A DNA stretch of 64,000 bases from Betaproteobacteria bacterium (lineage in GTDB: Bacteria > Pseudomonadota > Gammaproteobacteria > Burkholderiales > Burkholderiaceae_C). The notes below the pieces were generated by a model. It was not told the DNA's origin and searched no databases. It saw nothing but the letters and a program-made list of their open reading frames with translations. A program made the translations under genes and the position numbers. How positions within the stretch are numbered: the first letter of the stretch is position 1; each line of letters begins with the position of its first letter. The stretch lies in NCBI GenBank assembly GCA_031417735.1, contig JANOWE010000174.1, positions 2,358-66,357 of the forward strand, written 5' to 3'. Below are positions 1 to 8,595 of the stretch, in pieces.

Positions 1-594
1 CAGGTCAGCCTTGAGCGTCTGATCGTCGATGTGCTGCGCTGGCAGCGTCTGGTGGTGGACGTGGCCGGCGCGGCCGACATGCCGGCCGTGCTGGTGCACA
101 CCGGCCAGGCCCTGGCGGAGGTGCTGGCCGCGCAGGACGGCGCGCAGCCGCTGGTGCTGCGGGTCACGCTCACAGGCCGCTGCCCCGCCCATGGCCAGCT
201 CTTCGGCCAGGAGCTGGCGCTGCGCGAGGCCGTGCTGGCCCAGGCTGCGGCGCTGGCCGACCAGCGGCTCTGGATAGAAAAACTCCAGCTTCAGACCCAG
301 CCACCGGCCGAGCCGGCGGCGCTGGACGACGGCAGCACAGCAGCCGAACGTGCCGATGCTGTACACGATCTGCAGACCTTGCTGGCCGGAGTGCAGCAGG
401 ACGAGGCCTTCATGCAAAGCCTGACCGAAGACCTGCAGCAACTGGCTGCCAAGGCCCCGCCCGAACTGCTGTTGGCCTTGCCTGAACTGGCCGCCGTGCG
501 CAGCGGCGAACTGGCCGGCCTGGTGCAGGCCGTGGTGCCCTCGCTGCTGGCACAGCTGGCCGCCCCGGCACCCATGGACAGCGCGCAACGCTGA
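1..594 (+). CDS. DNA repair exonuclease SbcD/Mre11-like (YhaO-type metallophosphoesterase), C-terminal part; 5'-truncated by the window edge
   Basis: Frame is open from position 1 (QVSLERLIVDVLRWQRL...). Contains LRVTLTG and WIEK segments typical of YhaO-type C-termini. Ends 6 bp before an SbcC-like ATPase. The catalytic N-terminus is outside the window. Confidence 0.75.
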   Translation, partial: QVSLERLIVDVLRWQRLVVDVAGAADMPAVLVHTGQALAEVLAAQDGAQPLVLRVTLTGRCPAHGQLFGQELALREAVLAQAAALADQRLWIEKLQLQTQPPAEPAALDDGSTAAERADAVHDLQTLLAGVQQDEAFMQSLTEDLQQLAAKAPPELLLALPELAAVRSGELAGLVQAVVPSLLAQLAAPAPMDSAQR

Positions 595-600
595 GCACCC

Positions 601-3600
601 ATGCGCCTGCAACAGCTGCGCCTGCTGGCCTATGGCAAGTTCACCGACCGGGTGCTGGACTTTGCGCCGGCGGCGATGGACTTTCACCTCGTCATCGGCC
701 AGAACGAGGCCGGCAAGTCGACCACCCGCCAGGCGATCCTGGACCTGCTCTACGGCATCGAGCTGCGCTCGGCTTTTGACTTCGTGCATGCCAAGCCGCA
801 GCTGCGCCTGGCGGCGGTACTGCAGCAGCAGGGCCAGACGCTGGACCTGGTGCGCAGCAAGGGCCGGTTGAACACCCTGCGCGACGCCCAGGGCGAGGTG
901 CTGCCTGACAGCGTGCTGCTGCCCTTCCTGGCCGGCACCGACCGCACAGGCTTCGATCAGATGTTCGGCCTGGACCATGGCCGGCTGCAGGCCGGTGGCC
1001 AGGCCATCCTCAACAACGCCAGCGACATCGGCCAGCTGCTGTTCCAGTCGGCCAGCGGCATGGCCGGCCTGGGCGCCGTGCGTGAACAGCTGCGCGCCGA
1101 GGCCGACACGCTGTGGGCGCCCAAGGCTGCCGGTCACCGTGCCTGGTACCGCGCCAAGGACGAGCTCGACGAGGCCAAGGCCGCATTGAAATCGGCCACC
1201 GTGCGCACCGCCGACTGGCTGGCGGCGCAGCAGGCCGTTCAGGCGCAGCAGCAGCGCGGCCAGCAGGCGCAACAGCGCTGGCAGACCTTGCACACCGAGC
1301 GCATTCGTCTGGAGCGCGCGCGACGGGTGGCGCCCTCACTGCGTCTGCTGGCCGAGCGTGAGGCCGAACTGGCCGGGCTGCAGCAGGTGCTGCCCCTGCC
1401 CGCCGACGCGGCCCAGCGCCTGGCCGACGCCGAGCTGGCCCTGGCCAGCGCGGGCCGCGACCAGCAACTGCACCAGGCCCAGGCGCAGCGTGCGCAGCAA
1501 GCCCTGGCGGGTCTGTCGCCCGACGCCGCCTTGCTGGCCCAGGCCGCCGCCGTGCAATCGCTGGCCAGCCGCGCCCAGCAACTGGCCGGGCACGAGGCCC
1601 AGATCAACCGGGCCCAGACCCAGGCGCAAGGCCTGTGGCAGCAGCTGCAGGCGCTGCAGCGCCAATTGCCAGGTGCGTTGGCGGCAGCGGCAGACGAAGC
1701 CGCGCTGCGCCAGGCCCTGCCGGCCCCGCCTCAACGCGCCGCACTGGCCACGCTGGTCCAGCGCTTTGCGCTGCTGGCGCAGGCCGGTCAGAGCAGCGCG
1801 CAGGCGCTGGACGAGCAGGCCAGCCAGCTGCGGCTGCTGGAAACGCAGGCGCTGCAGGTGACGGTGGGGCCGGTTCCCGCCGCGCTGCGGGCGGCCGTGG
1901 CCGGTGCCCGGTCGTTGGGGGACCTGGCCAGCGAGCGCCGCCGCCACCAGGCCACGCTGCGGCGCTGCCAGCTGGCGCAAGACCAGGCCCAGGCCGATCT
2001 GCAGTGGCTGTCGGCCACCGATGAGGGCGTCTCGGCCAAGCCGTTCCAGCCCGATCAGGTGCGTCTTGGCGCGCTGCCCGGTCCGGCCGAGGTCGCGGCC
2101 CTGCAGCAGGCCCTGGCCGACGCGCTGCTGCGCCAGGCCACGCTGGTCGAGCAACAGCAGGCGCTGGACGACAGCGTGGCGGCGCAGGAACTGGGCATCC
2201 GGCAATTTCGCCAGACCCACCATCCGGTCAGCCACGACGATCTGACGGCCGCACGCGGTGCGCGCGACGCACTCTGGCAGCGCATCAAGTCCGGTGAGCC
2301 GAAGCTGCCCGCACTGGCGCCGGCGTTTGAGCAAACGCTGCAACAGGCCGATGCGCTGGCCGACCAGCGCCACGACAAGGCCGCCGAACTGGCCGCGCTG
2401 CAGGCCAGCCAGGACCAGGTGCAGCGCCTGCGGCTTCAACGGGCCAGTCTGGCCCAAGGCCTGCAGACGCTGCAGCAAGACATCCGCCAGCAGCAGCAGG
2501 ACTGGGTCCGCCGGCTGCAGCGCCTGGCCCTGCCTGCATTGCCACCGGCCCGTTTCGAGGGCTGGCGCGCCGCCTGTTCGGCCTGGCAACAGGCCAGCGC
2601 GCAGCGGCTGGAGGCCGTGGCCCAGGCCGAGCAGGCGCAGGACCATGCCCAGGCCTCGGCCAAGGCCCTGCGCGCGGCGCTGGCCGAGGCCGGCACCGTG
2701 ACAGAGCTTGAAGCTGAGGGCCATGTCGACCGCCTGCTGCTGCACGCCAGCGATGTGCTTGAAGCCGCCACCGCTGCCCAGGCCCGTGGCCAGGCGCTGC
2801 AGCGCGAACTGGACAGCGCCCGCGCCAGTGCGGGCCGCTTGCAGCAGCGTGCGGCGGCCGCCCAGGCCGAGGCGCAGGACTGGGCCGGCCAATGGCAGCA
2901 GGCGCTGACCTGGGCGGGGCTGACCGGTCTGGTGCCTGCAGGCCGCGCCGGTGCCGATGGCCGGGCGCTGAACGCCGATGGCGTGCAGGTCGCCGCCGTC
3001 CAGGCCGCGCTGGGCGTGATGGCCGACATCGACCAGCGCCTGACCGCCCTGGCCGAATTGCGCGACGGCCGCATCGCCGGCTGGCAGCAAGAGCTGGTCA
3101 GCTATGGCAGCGAGCTGCTGGCGCTGTGCGAGCCTGTGGCGCCAGAGCTGTGTGCCGACGCGGCTGTGGCGCCGCTGGCCACCGCCGCCAGCCTGGCCGG
3201 CCGCTTGCTGCAGGCCCGGCAGCAGCAGCAGCGGGTGGAACAACTGCTGGCCGAGTACCAGGCCCAGGAGGCCCAGGCCCAGGCCGCCGCCGGGCGCGTG
3301 GCCCACGCCGGCGCGGCGCTGCAGCCGCTGCTGGCGGCCGCGCAGGTGCAACAGCCAGCCGAGCTGCGGCCCTTGATCGAAAGGTCCGACCGCCGCCGCG
3401 CGGCGGCGCAGTCGGCAGCCAGCGCGCGCGCGGCGCTGGAAGAGGCTGGCGACGGCCTGTCGGTGTCGGCGTTGCAGGCCGAGCTGGCGGCCGTCGATGC
3501 GAGCCAGGTTCCAGTGCTGATCGAGCAGATCCAAACCGCCATCGAGGCCGAACGCACGCAGCAGGACCAGATCACCCGCGAGCTGACCCAGGCCAGCACA

Positions 3601-4212
3601 GCGCTGGCCGCCATCGCCGGCCAGAGCGAGGCCGCGCTGGCCGAGGCCCGCCGCCAACAGGCCCTGGCCGCGATGGCCGCTGCGGCCGAGCGTTACCTGA
3701 AAGTGCACACCGCCCAGCGCTTGCTGAAATGGGCCATCGACCGCTACCGCGACACCCGCCAGGGCCCGATGCTGGGCCGAGCCAGCGCCATTTTCCAGTC
3801 GCTGACGCTGGGCTCTTTCTCCCGGCTGGTGATCGACGCCGACGCCGAGCCGCCCACGCTGCTGGGCCAGCGCCAGGACGGCACGCTGGTGGCCATTGCC
3901 GGCATGAGCGAAGGCACGCGCGACCAGCTCTATTTGGCGCTGCGCCTGGCCGCGCTGGCCCTGCACCTGGAAGTGCCGGCGGCCGATGAGGCCCGGCCCG
4001 GCGCGTCTGCTGCGCGTCAGCCGGGCCACGCCATGCCCTTCATCGCCGACGACCTGTTCATCAACTACGACGACCAGCGCGCCCGCGCCGGCCTGCAGGC
4101 CCTGGCCGAACTGTCGCGCCACACCCAGGTCATCTTCCTCAGCCACCACGAGCATTTGCTGCCGGCGGCGCAGGCGGTGTTTGGCGCCGGGCTCAGCGTG
4201 CAACGCCTGTAA
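601..4212 (+). CDS. YhaN-family SMC/Rad50-like AAA ATPase (SbcC-like), 1203 aa
   Basis: Walker A GQNEAGKST; long Q/A/L coiled coil; signature MSEGTRDQLYLALRLA; Walker B FIADDLFINYD; His switch FLSHH. Confidence 0.9.
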   Translation: MRLQQLRLLAYGKFTDRVLDFAPAAMDFHLVIGQNEAGKSTTRQAILDLLYGIELRSAFDFVHAKPQLRLAAVLQQQGQTLDLVRSKGRLNTLRDAQGEVLPDSVLLPFLAGTDRTGFDQMFGLDHGRLQAGGQAILNNASDIGQLLFQSASGMAGLGAVREQLRAEADTLWAPKAAGHRAWYRAKDELDEAKAALKSATVRTADWLAAQQAVQAQQQRGQQAQQRWQTLHTERIRLERARRVAPSLRLLAEREAELAGLQQVLPLPADAAQRLADAELALASAGRDQQLHQAQAQRAQQALAGLSPDAALLAQAAAVQSLASRAQQLAGHEAQINRAQTQAQGLWQQLQALQRQLPGALAAAADEAALRQALPAPPQRAALATLVQRFALLAQAGQSSAQALDEQASQLRLLETQALQVTVGPVPAALRAAVAGARSLGDLASERRRHQATLRRCQLAQDQAQADLQWLSATDEGVSAKPFQPDQVRLGALPGPAEVAALQQALADALLRQATLVEQQQALDDSVAAQELGIRQFRQTHHPVSHDDLTAARGARDALWQRIKSGEPKLPALAPAFEQTLQQADALADQRHDKAAELAALQASQDQVQRLRLQRASLAQGLQTLQQDIRQQQQDWVRRLQRLALPALPPARFEGWRAACSAWQQASAQRLEAVAQAEQAQDHAQASAKALRAALAEAGTVTELEAEGHVDRLLLHASDVLEAATAAQARGQALQRELDSARASAGRLQQRAAAAQAEAQDWAGQWQQALTWAGLTGLVPAGRAGADGRALNADGVQVAAVQAALGVMADIDQRLTALAELRDGRIAGWQQELVSYGSELLALCEPVAPELCADAAVAPLATAASLAGRLLQARQQQQRVEQLLAEYQAQEAQAQAAAGRVAHAGAALQPLLAAAQVQQPAELRPLIERSDRRRAAAQSAASARAALEEAGDGLSVSALQAELAAVDASQVPVLIEQIQTAIEAERTQQDQITRELTQASTALAAIAGQSEAALAEARRQQALAAMAAAAERYLKVHTAQRLLKWAIDRYRDTRQGPMLGRASAIFQSLTLGSFSRLVIDADAEPPTLLGQRQDGTLVAIAGMSEGTRDQLYLALRLAALALHLEVPAADEARPGASAARQPGHAMPFIADDLFINYDDQRARAGLQALAELSRHTQVIFLSHHEHLLPAAQAVFGAGLSVQRL

Positions 4213-4323
4213 GCGCAGGTCAGGCTGTTCCTGGGCGCAAGCGGCATGGGTACTAACCCGGGCTCGCCATGGCCTGGGCAGGGGTCCACAGTGAAGGGTC
4301 ACCCTCAACCCAAGGAGAGCCTG

Positions 4324-6132
4324 ATGTCGAGTCCGGACACCGAACAGTCACCCAACGCCGCTGCGCAAGCCTGGCTGAGCGGCTTCGACAAAGCCCTGGC
4401 CAGCCGCAACATCGATGCCGCCGTGGCGATGTTTGGCGAAGCATGCTTCTGGCGCGATCTGGTCAGCTTCACCTGGAACCTGAGCACCCAGGAAAGTCCG
4501 GCTCAGGTTCGTGACATGCTGACCGCGCGGCTGGACGATGTGGCGCCATCGAACTGGCAGCTCGTCGGCGACGCCAGCACCGCCGACGGCATCACCGAAG
4601 CCTGGTTCGGCTTCGAGACCCGCGTTTCGCGCGGCAAGGGCCTGCTGCGGCTGAAAGACGGCAAGGCCTGGACCCTGCTGACGAGCATGGTCGAGTTGAA
4701 GGGCATGGAAGAGCAGACCGGCGAGCGCCGCGCCGCCGGCGCCGAACATGGTGCGCAGCAGGGCCGGCAAAGCTGGGGCCAGCGGCGTGCGGCCGACCGT
4801 GCCGCGCTGGGCCACGAGGTGCAGCCCGATGTGGTCGTGATCGGCGGCGGCCAGGGCGGCATCGCACTGGGCGCGCGCCTGGCCCGGCTCGAGGTGCCAA
4901 CCATCATCGTCGAGAAGAACGCCAAACCCGGCGACAGCTGGCGCAATCGCTACAAGAGCCTGTGCCTGCACGACCCGGTCTGGTACGACCACCTGCCTTA
5001 CCTGAATTTTCCGGACGACTGGCCGGTGTTTGCGCCCAAAGACAAGATCGGCGACTGGCTCGAGGCCTATACCCAGATCATGGGCTTGAACTACTGGGGC
5101 TCGACCACCGCCACCCACTGCGAATACGACGAGGCCAGCGGCCGCTGGGCAGTGCAGGTGCAGCGCGACGGCAAGACCATCACGCTGCGGCCGAAAGAAC
5201 TGGTCATCGCGCTGGGCGTGTCCGGCCATGCCCAGGTGCCCAAGATTGCTGGCGCCGAAAGCTTTGAAGGCGACCAGCACCATTCCAGCCGGCACCCCGG
5301 GCCCGACGCCTATGTCGGCAAGAAGGCGGTGGTGCTGGGCAGCAACAACTCCGCCCACGACATCTGCGCCGCGCTGTGGGAGGCGGGTGTGGACGTGACC
5401 ATGGTGCAGCGCTCGTCGACCCACATCGCGCCCTCGGCCGCGCTGATGGAGCTGGCGCTGGGCGGGCTGTACAGCGAGCAGGCGCTGGCCGCCGGCATCG
5501 ACCACCACAAGGCCGACCTGATCTTTGCGTCGGTGCCCTACAAGATCATGCACAGCTTCCACATCCCCGTTTATGAGGAGATGAAGCGGCGCGAGGCTGA
5601 CCTCTACGGCCGGCTGGAAAAGGCCGGCTTCATGCTCGACTTCGGCGACGACGACTCGGGCCTGTTCATGAAGTACCTGCGCCGGGGCTCGGGCTATTAC
5701 ATCGACGTCGGCGCGTCCGAGCTGGTGGCCAATGGCAGCATCAAGTTGAAGAGCGGCGTCAACATCGAGCACATCAACCCGCACTCGGTCACGCTGACCG
5801 ACGGCAGCGAGCTGCCGGCCGACCTGCTGGTCTACGCCACCGGTTACGGCTCGATGAACCGCTGGCTGGCCGACCTGATGACGCCAGCGGTGGCCGACCG
5901 CCTGGGCAAGGTCTGGGGCCTGGGCTCGGACACCACCAAAGACCCCGGGCCCTGGGAAGGTGAGTTGCGCAACATGTGGAAGCCCACGCAGGTGCCGCAC
6001 CTGTGGGTGCACGGTGGCAACCTGCACCAGAGCCGGCATTACTCGCAGTTCTTGTCGCTGCAGTTGAAAGCCAGGCTGGCCGGGTTGCCCACGCCGGTGT
6101 ATGGCCAGGCGCCTGTGCACCACCGCGCCTGA
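4324..6132 (+). CDS. Flavin-containing monooxygenase (BVMO/FMO-like) with N-terminal SnoaL/NTF2-like domain
   Basis: Rossmann motifs VIGGGQGG and VLGSNNSAHD; FMO motif variant FEGDQHHSSRH; ATGY motif; GGAG RBS upstream of ATG 4324. Confidence 0.85.
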   Translation: MSSPDTEQSPNAAAQAWLSGFDKALASRNIDAAVAMFGEACFWRDLVSFTWNLSTQESPAQVRDMLTARLDDVAPSNWQLVGDASTADGITEAWFGFETRVSRGKGLLRLKDGKAWTLLTSMVELKGMEEQTGERRAAGAEHGAQQGRQSWGQRRAADRAALGHEVQPDVVVIGGGQGGIALGARLARLEVPTIIVEKNAKPGDSWRNRYKSLCLHDPVWYDHLPYLNFPDDWPVFAPKDKIGDWLEAYTQIMGLNYWGSTTATHCEYDEASGRWAVQVQRDGKTITLRPKELVIALGVSGHAQVPKIAGAESFEGDQHHSSRHPGPDAYVGKKAVVLGSNNSAHDICAALWEAGVDVTMVQRSSTHIAPSAALMELALGGLYSEQALAAGIDHHKADLIFASVPYKIMHSFHIPVYEEMKRREADLYGRLEKAGFMLDFGDDDSGLFMKYLRRGSGYYIDVGASELVANGSIKLKSGVNIEHINPHSVTLTDGSELPADLLVYATGYGSMNRWLADLMTPAVADRLGKVWGLGSDTTKDPGPWEGELRNMWKPTQVPHLWVHGGNLHQSRHYSQFLSLQLKARLAGLPTPVYGQAPVHHRA

Positions 6133-6177
6133 GCCGGCCCGGCCGACCGGCGGCGCGGCCTTGCAGGTCAGCGGCAT

Positions 6178-6201
6178 GGCGCTGAACTAGACTTCAGCGC
6201 C
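6178..6201. promoter_or_regulatory. 9-bp inverted repeat GGCGCTGAA-N6-TTCAGCGCC between the monooxygenase and the reductase (hairpin or operator)
   Basis: Read directly from the sequence; no U-tract follows; function unknown. Confidence 0.3.
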
Positions 6202-6242
6202 GCTGCGGCTTGGCGCTGCGGACCCATCGACGCTGAGACCAC

Positions 6243-7529
6243 ATGCCCCTCGACCCTGAGCCCTCCCGCCCGCCCGCGCTGCTGATCGTGGGTGCCGGCA
6301 ACGCCGGCGCCGAACTGGCCGTGGCGGCGCGGCAGCAGGGCTGGGCCGGCGCCATCACGCTGCTGGGCGACGAGCCGCACCTGCCCTACCACCGGCCGCC
6401 GCTGTCCAAGGCCTACCTGGCCGGCAGTGCGCCGGCTGACACGCTGACCATCCGCCAGCAGGCTGCCTACGACAAGGCCTTGGTCAGCGTGCGCACTGGC
6501 GTGAAGGTGCAGCGCATCGCCCCCGCCGCGCGCTGCGTGGTGCTGGATGACGGCAGCACGCTGGCTTATGACAAGCTGGCGCTGTGCACCGGCGGCAGCG
6601 CACGCCAGCTGCGGGTCGACGGTTTGGCCGAGGGCGCTGCGCCAAACAATCTTTTCTACCTGCGCCGTCGTGAGCACAGCGACGCGATGCGCGCCGCGCT
6701 GTTGCCCGGCACGCGGCTGGTGGTCATTGGTGGCGGATACATCGGGCTGGAGGTGGCCGCGTCGGCGCGCAAGCTGGGCGCCGAGGTCACGGTACTGGAA
6801 GCGCTGCCGCGGGTGCTGGCGCGCGTGACCGGACCGCAGCTGTCGGCGTTCTATGAATCCGTGCATCGCGAGGCAGGGGTCGATGTGCGCGCCGGCGTAG
6901 CGGTGGTGCGGGTGGACTGCGCTGACGATGGCCGCGTCACGGCGGTGGTCTGCGCCGACGGCAGCCGCATTCCGGCCGACGTGCTGGTGGTCGGTGTGGG
7001 CATGCTGCCCAACGTGGCGCTGGCCGAGGCGGCGGGCCTGGTGGTGGACGGCGGCATCGTCGTCGACGCGCTGTGCACCACGTCCGACCCGGACATCTTC
7101 GCCGCCGGCGATTGCACGGTGCACGACAACCTGGCCTATGGCCGGCGCATCCGGCTGGAATCGGTGCCCAACGCGCTGGAGCAGGCGCGGGTGGTGGCCG
7201 CCACGCTGTGCGGCAAGCCCCGTGCCGCGCCTGCCGCGCCCTGGTTCTGGTCGGACCAGTACGCGCTGAAGCTGCAGATGGTGGGCCTGTGCGAGGGCTT
7301 TGACGAGTTTGTGCTGCGCGGTGACATGGCCCAGCGCAGCTTCATCGGCTTCTACCTGCGCCGCGGCCAACTGATCGCGGCCGATGCGGTGAACCGTCCG
7401 GCCGAGTTCATGGTCGCCAAGCGGCTGGTGGGCGAACGCCTGGCCGTGACGGCGGCCGCGCTGGCGGACGAGGCTCAGCCGTTGAAGCAACTGCTGCCGG
7501 CGCCACCGGTCGCGCCTGCCTCGGCCTAG
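6243..7529 (+). CDS. Ferredoxin--NAD(P)+ reductase (putidaredoxin/rhodocoxin reductase-like)
   Basis: IVGAGNAG FAD motif; PYHRPPLSK; VIGGGYIGLE NAD motif; TSDPDIFAAGD; RLESVPNA; PWFWSDQY. Confidence 0.92.
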   Translation: MPLDPEPSRPPALLIVGAGNAGAELAVAARQQGWAGAITLLGDEPHLPYHRPPLSKAYLAGSAPADTLTIRQQAAYDKALVSVRTGVKVQRIAPAARCVVLDDGSTLAYDKLALCTGGSARQLRVDGLAEGAAPNNLFYLRRREHSDAMRAALLPGTRLVVIGGGYIGLEVAASARKLGAEVTVLEALPRVLARVTGPQLSAFYESVHREAGVDVRAGVAVVRVDCADDGRVTAVVCADGSRIPADVLVVGVGMLPNVALAEAAGLVVDGGIVVDALCTTSDPDIFAAGDCTVHDNLAYGRRIRLESVPNALEQARVVAATLCGKPRAAPAAPWFWSDQYALKLQMVGLCEGFDEFVLRGDMAQRSFIGFYLRRGQLIAADAVNRPAEFMVAKRLVGERLAVTAAALADEAQPLKQLLPAPPVAPASA

Positions 7530-7690
7530 TACTGCGACCCGGAGATATCGAAACATGAAACCGCGTCTTCGACCCGAGGGCGTCGTTGCACATCGTCGCG
7601 ATACCTACGGGTATCGCTGCGGTTTGCGCCTAGCCTTCGGGCCGAATCCATCGCTTTCATCATGTTTCGATCCTTCCGGGTCGCAGTACT
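7528..7690. mobile_element. MITE-like element, ~163 bp, with 31-bp imperfect terminal inverted repeats
   Basis: Left end AGTACTGCGACCCGGAGATATCGAAACATGA versus reverse complement of right end AGTACTGCGACCCGGAAGGATCGAAACATGA (28/31 identical). Internal hairpin GCGATACC-TACG-GGTATCGC. Lower GC than the flanks. Lies between convergent genes. Confidence 0.7.
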
Positions 7691-7692
7691 GG

Positions 7693-8421
7693 TCAGAGAT
7701 CGAAGTTGCTGGGCATCATCACCACGTCGCGGATGGTCAGTCCGCGCCTGCGGCTCAGCATGAACAGCACCACCTCGGCCACCTCGCTGGCCTCGATCAG
7801 GCTGCCGTCGGCCCTGGCCTGAGCCAGCTTTTCGGGTGGCCAGTCGGCCAGCAGGCCGGTGATGACGGGCCCCGGTGAGACCGATCCCACGCGCAGCCCA
7901 TGCTTGAAGACCTGCCGGCGCAGGGTCTGCACAAAGCAATTGATGGCCCATTTGGACGCGGCATAAACCGGCTCCCAGGGCGTGGGGAAATGCGCCGCCA
8001 GTGAGCTGGTGATGATGATGTCGCCGCTGCCCCGCTCGATCATGTGCGGCAGCACGTCGTGCACGTTCTTCATCACCACGTTGACATTCAGGTTCAGCAT
8101 GCGGTCGATGGCCGAGGTCTCGTTGTCGACCAGATCGCCGCCCACATACAGCCCGGCATTGGCATGCAGGATGTCGATCTGGCCGGCCAGCGCCAGTGCC
8201 TGCGGCACCAGCGTGGCGCAGGCCGCCGCGTCCAGCAGGTCCAGGCACAGCGGCATGGCGGCGCCGCCATGCGGGTCGCACAGCGCGGCCAGGGCCGCCT
8301 GGTCGCGGTCCACCGCCACCAGGCGCGCACCTGCGGCCAGCAGGGCCTGGCTGCAGGCCAGACCGATGCCCGACGCGGCCCCGGTCACCACCGCCACTTT
8401 GCCGTCCAGGCGGCCCGTCAT
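7693..8421 (-). CDS. rbtD: SDR oxidoreductase, ribitol 2-dehydrogenase-like
   Basis: TGAASGIG; NAGLYVGG; YxxxK (VYAASK); WEPVY, LADWP and TIRDVVMMPSNFDL match the ribitol dehydrogenase subfamily as I recall it. Start M54 of the listed ORF gives 242 aa. Confidence 0.8.
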   Translation of the reverse strand: MTGRLDGKVAVVTGAASGIGLACSQALLAAGARLVAVDRDQAALAALCDPHGGAAMPLCLDLLDAAACATLVPQALALAGQIDILHANAGLYVGGDLVDNETSAIDRMLNLNVNVVMKNVHDVLPHMIERGSGDIIITSSLAAHFPTPWEPVYAASKWAINCFVQTLRRQVFKHGLRVGSVSPGPVITGLLADWPPEKLAQARADGSLIEASEVAEVVLFMLSRRRGLTIRDVVMMPSNFDL

Positions 8422-8595
8422 CGTGTTCACCATCGCCATCGCCATCGCCCCGGTAGTGCGCGCCGGCCACCCTGGCTCCCGCTGCATGTTGACGCGAAGC
8501 ATACGGCCTCGATCCACAGGCGCCCTGCCGGAATTTTGTAGGGATGCCGCTCCACGCGCATAGGGGTAAGCTGGCCGCAAACCGGAGACATCGCC

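Noticed and set aside
8425-8450. (ATGGCG)x3 repeat upstream of the SDR giving alternative starts
   Set aside because: Only affects start-codon choice; family length favours 8421.
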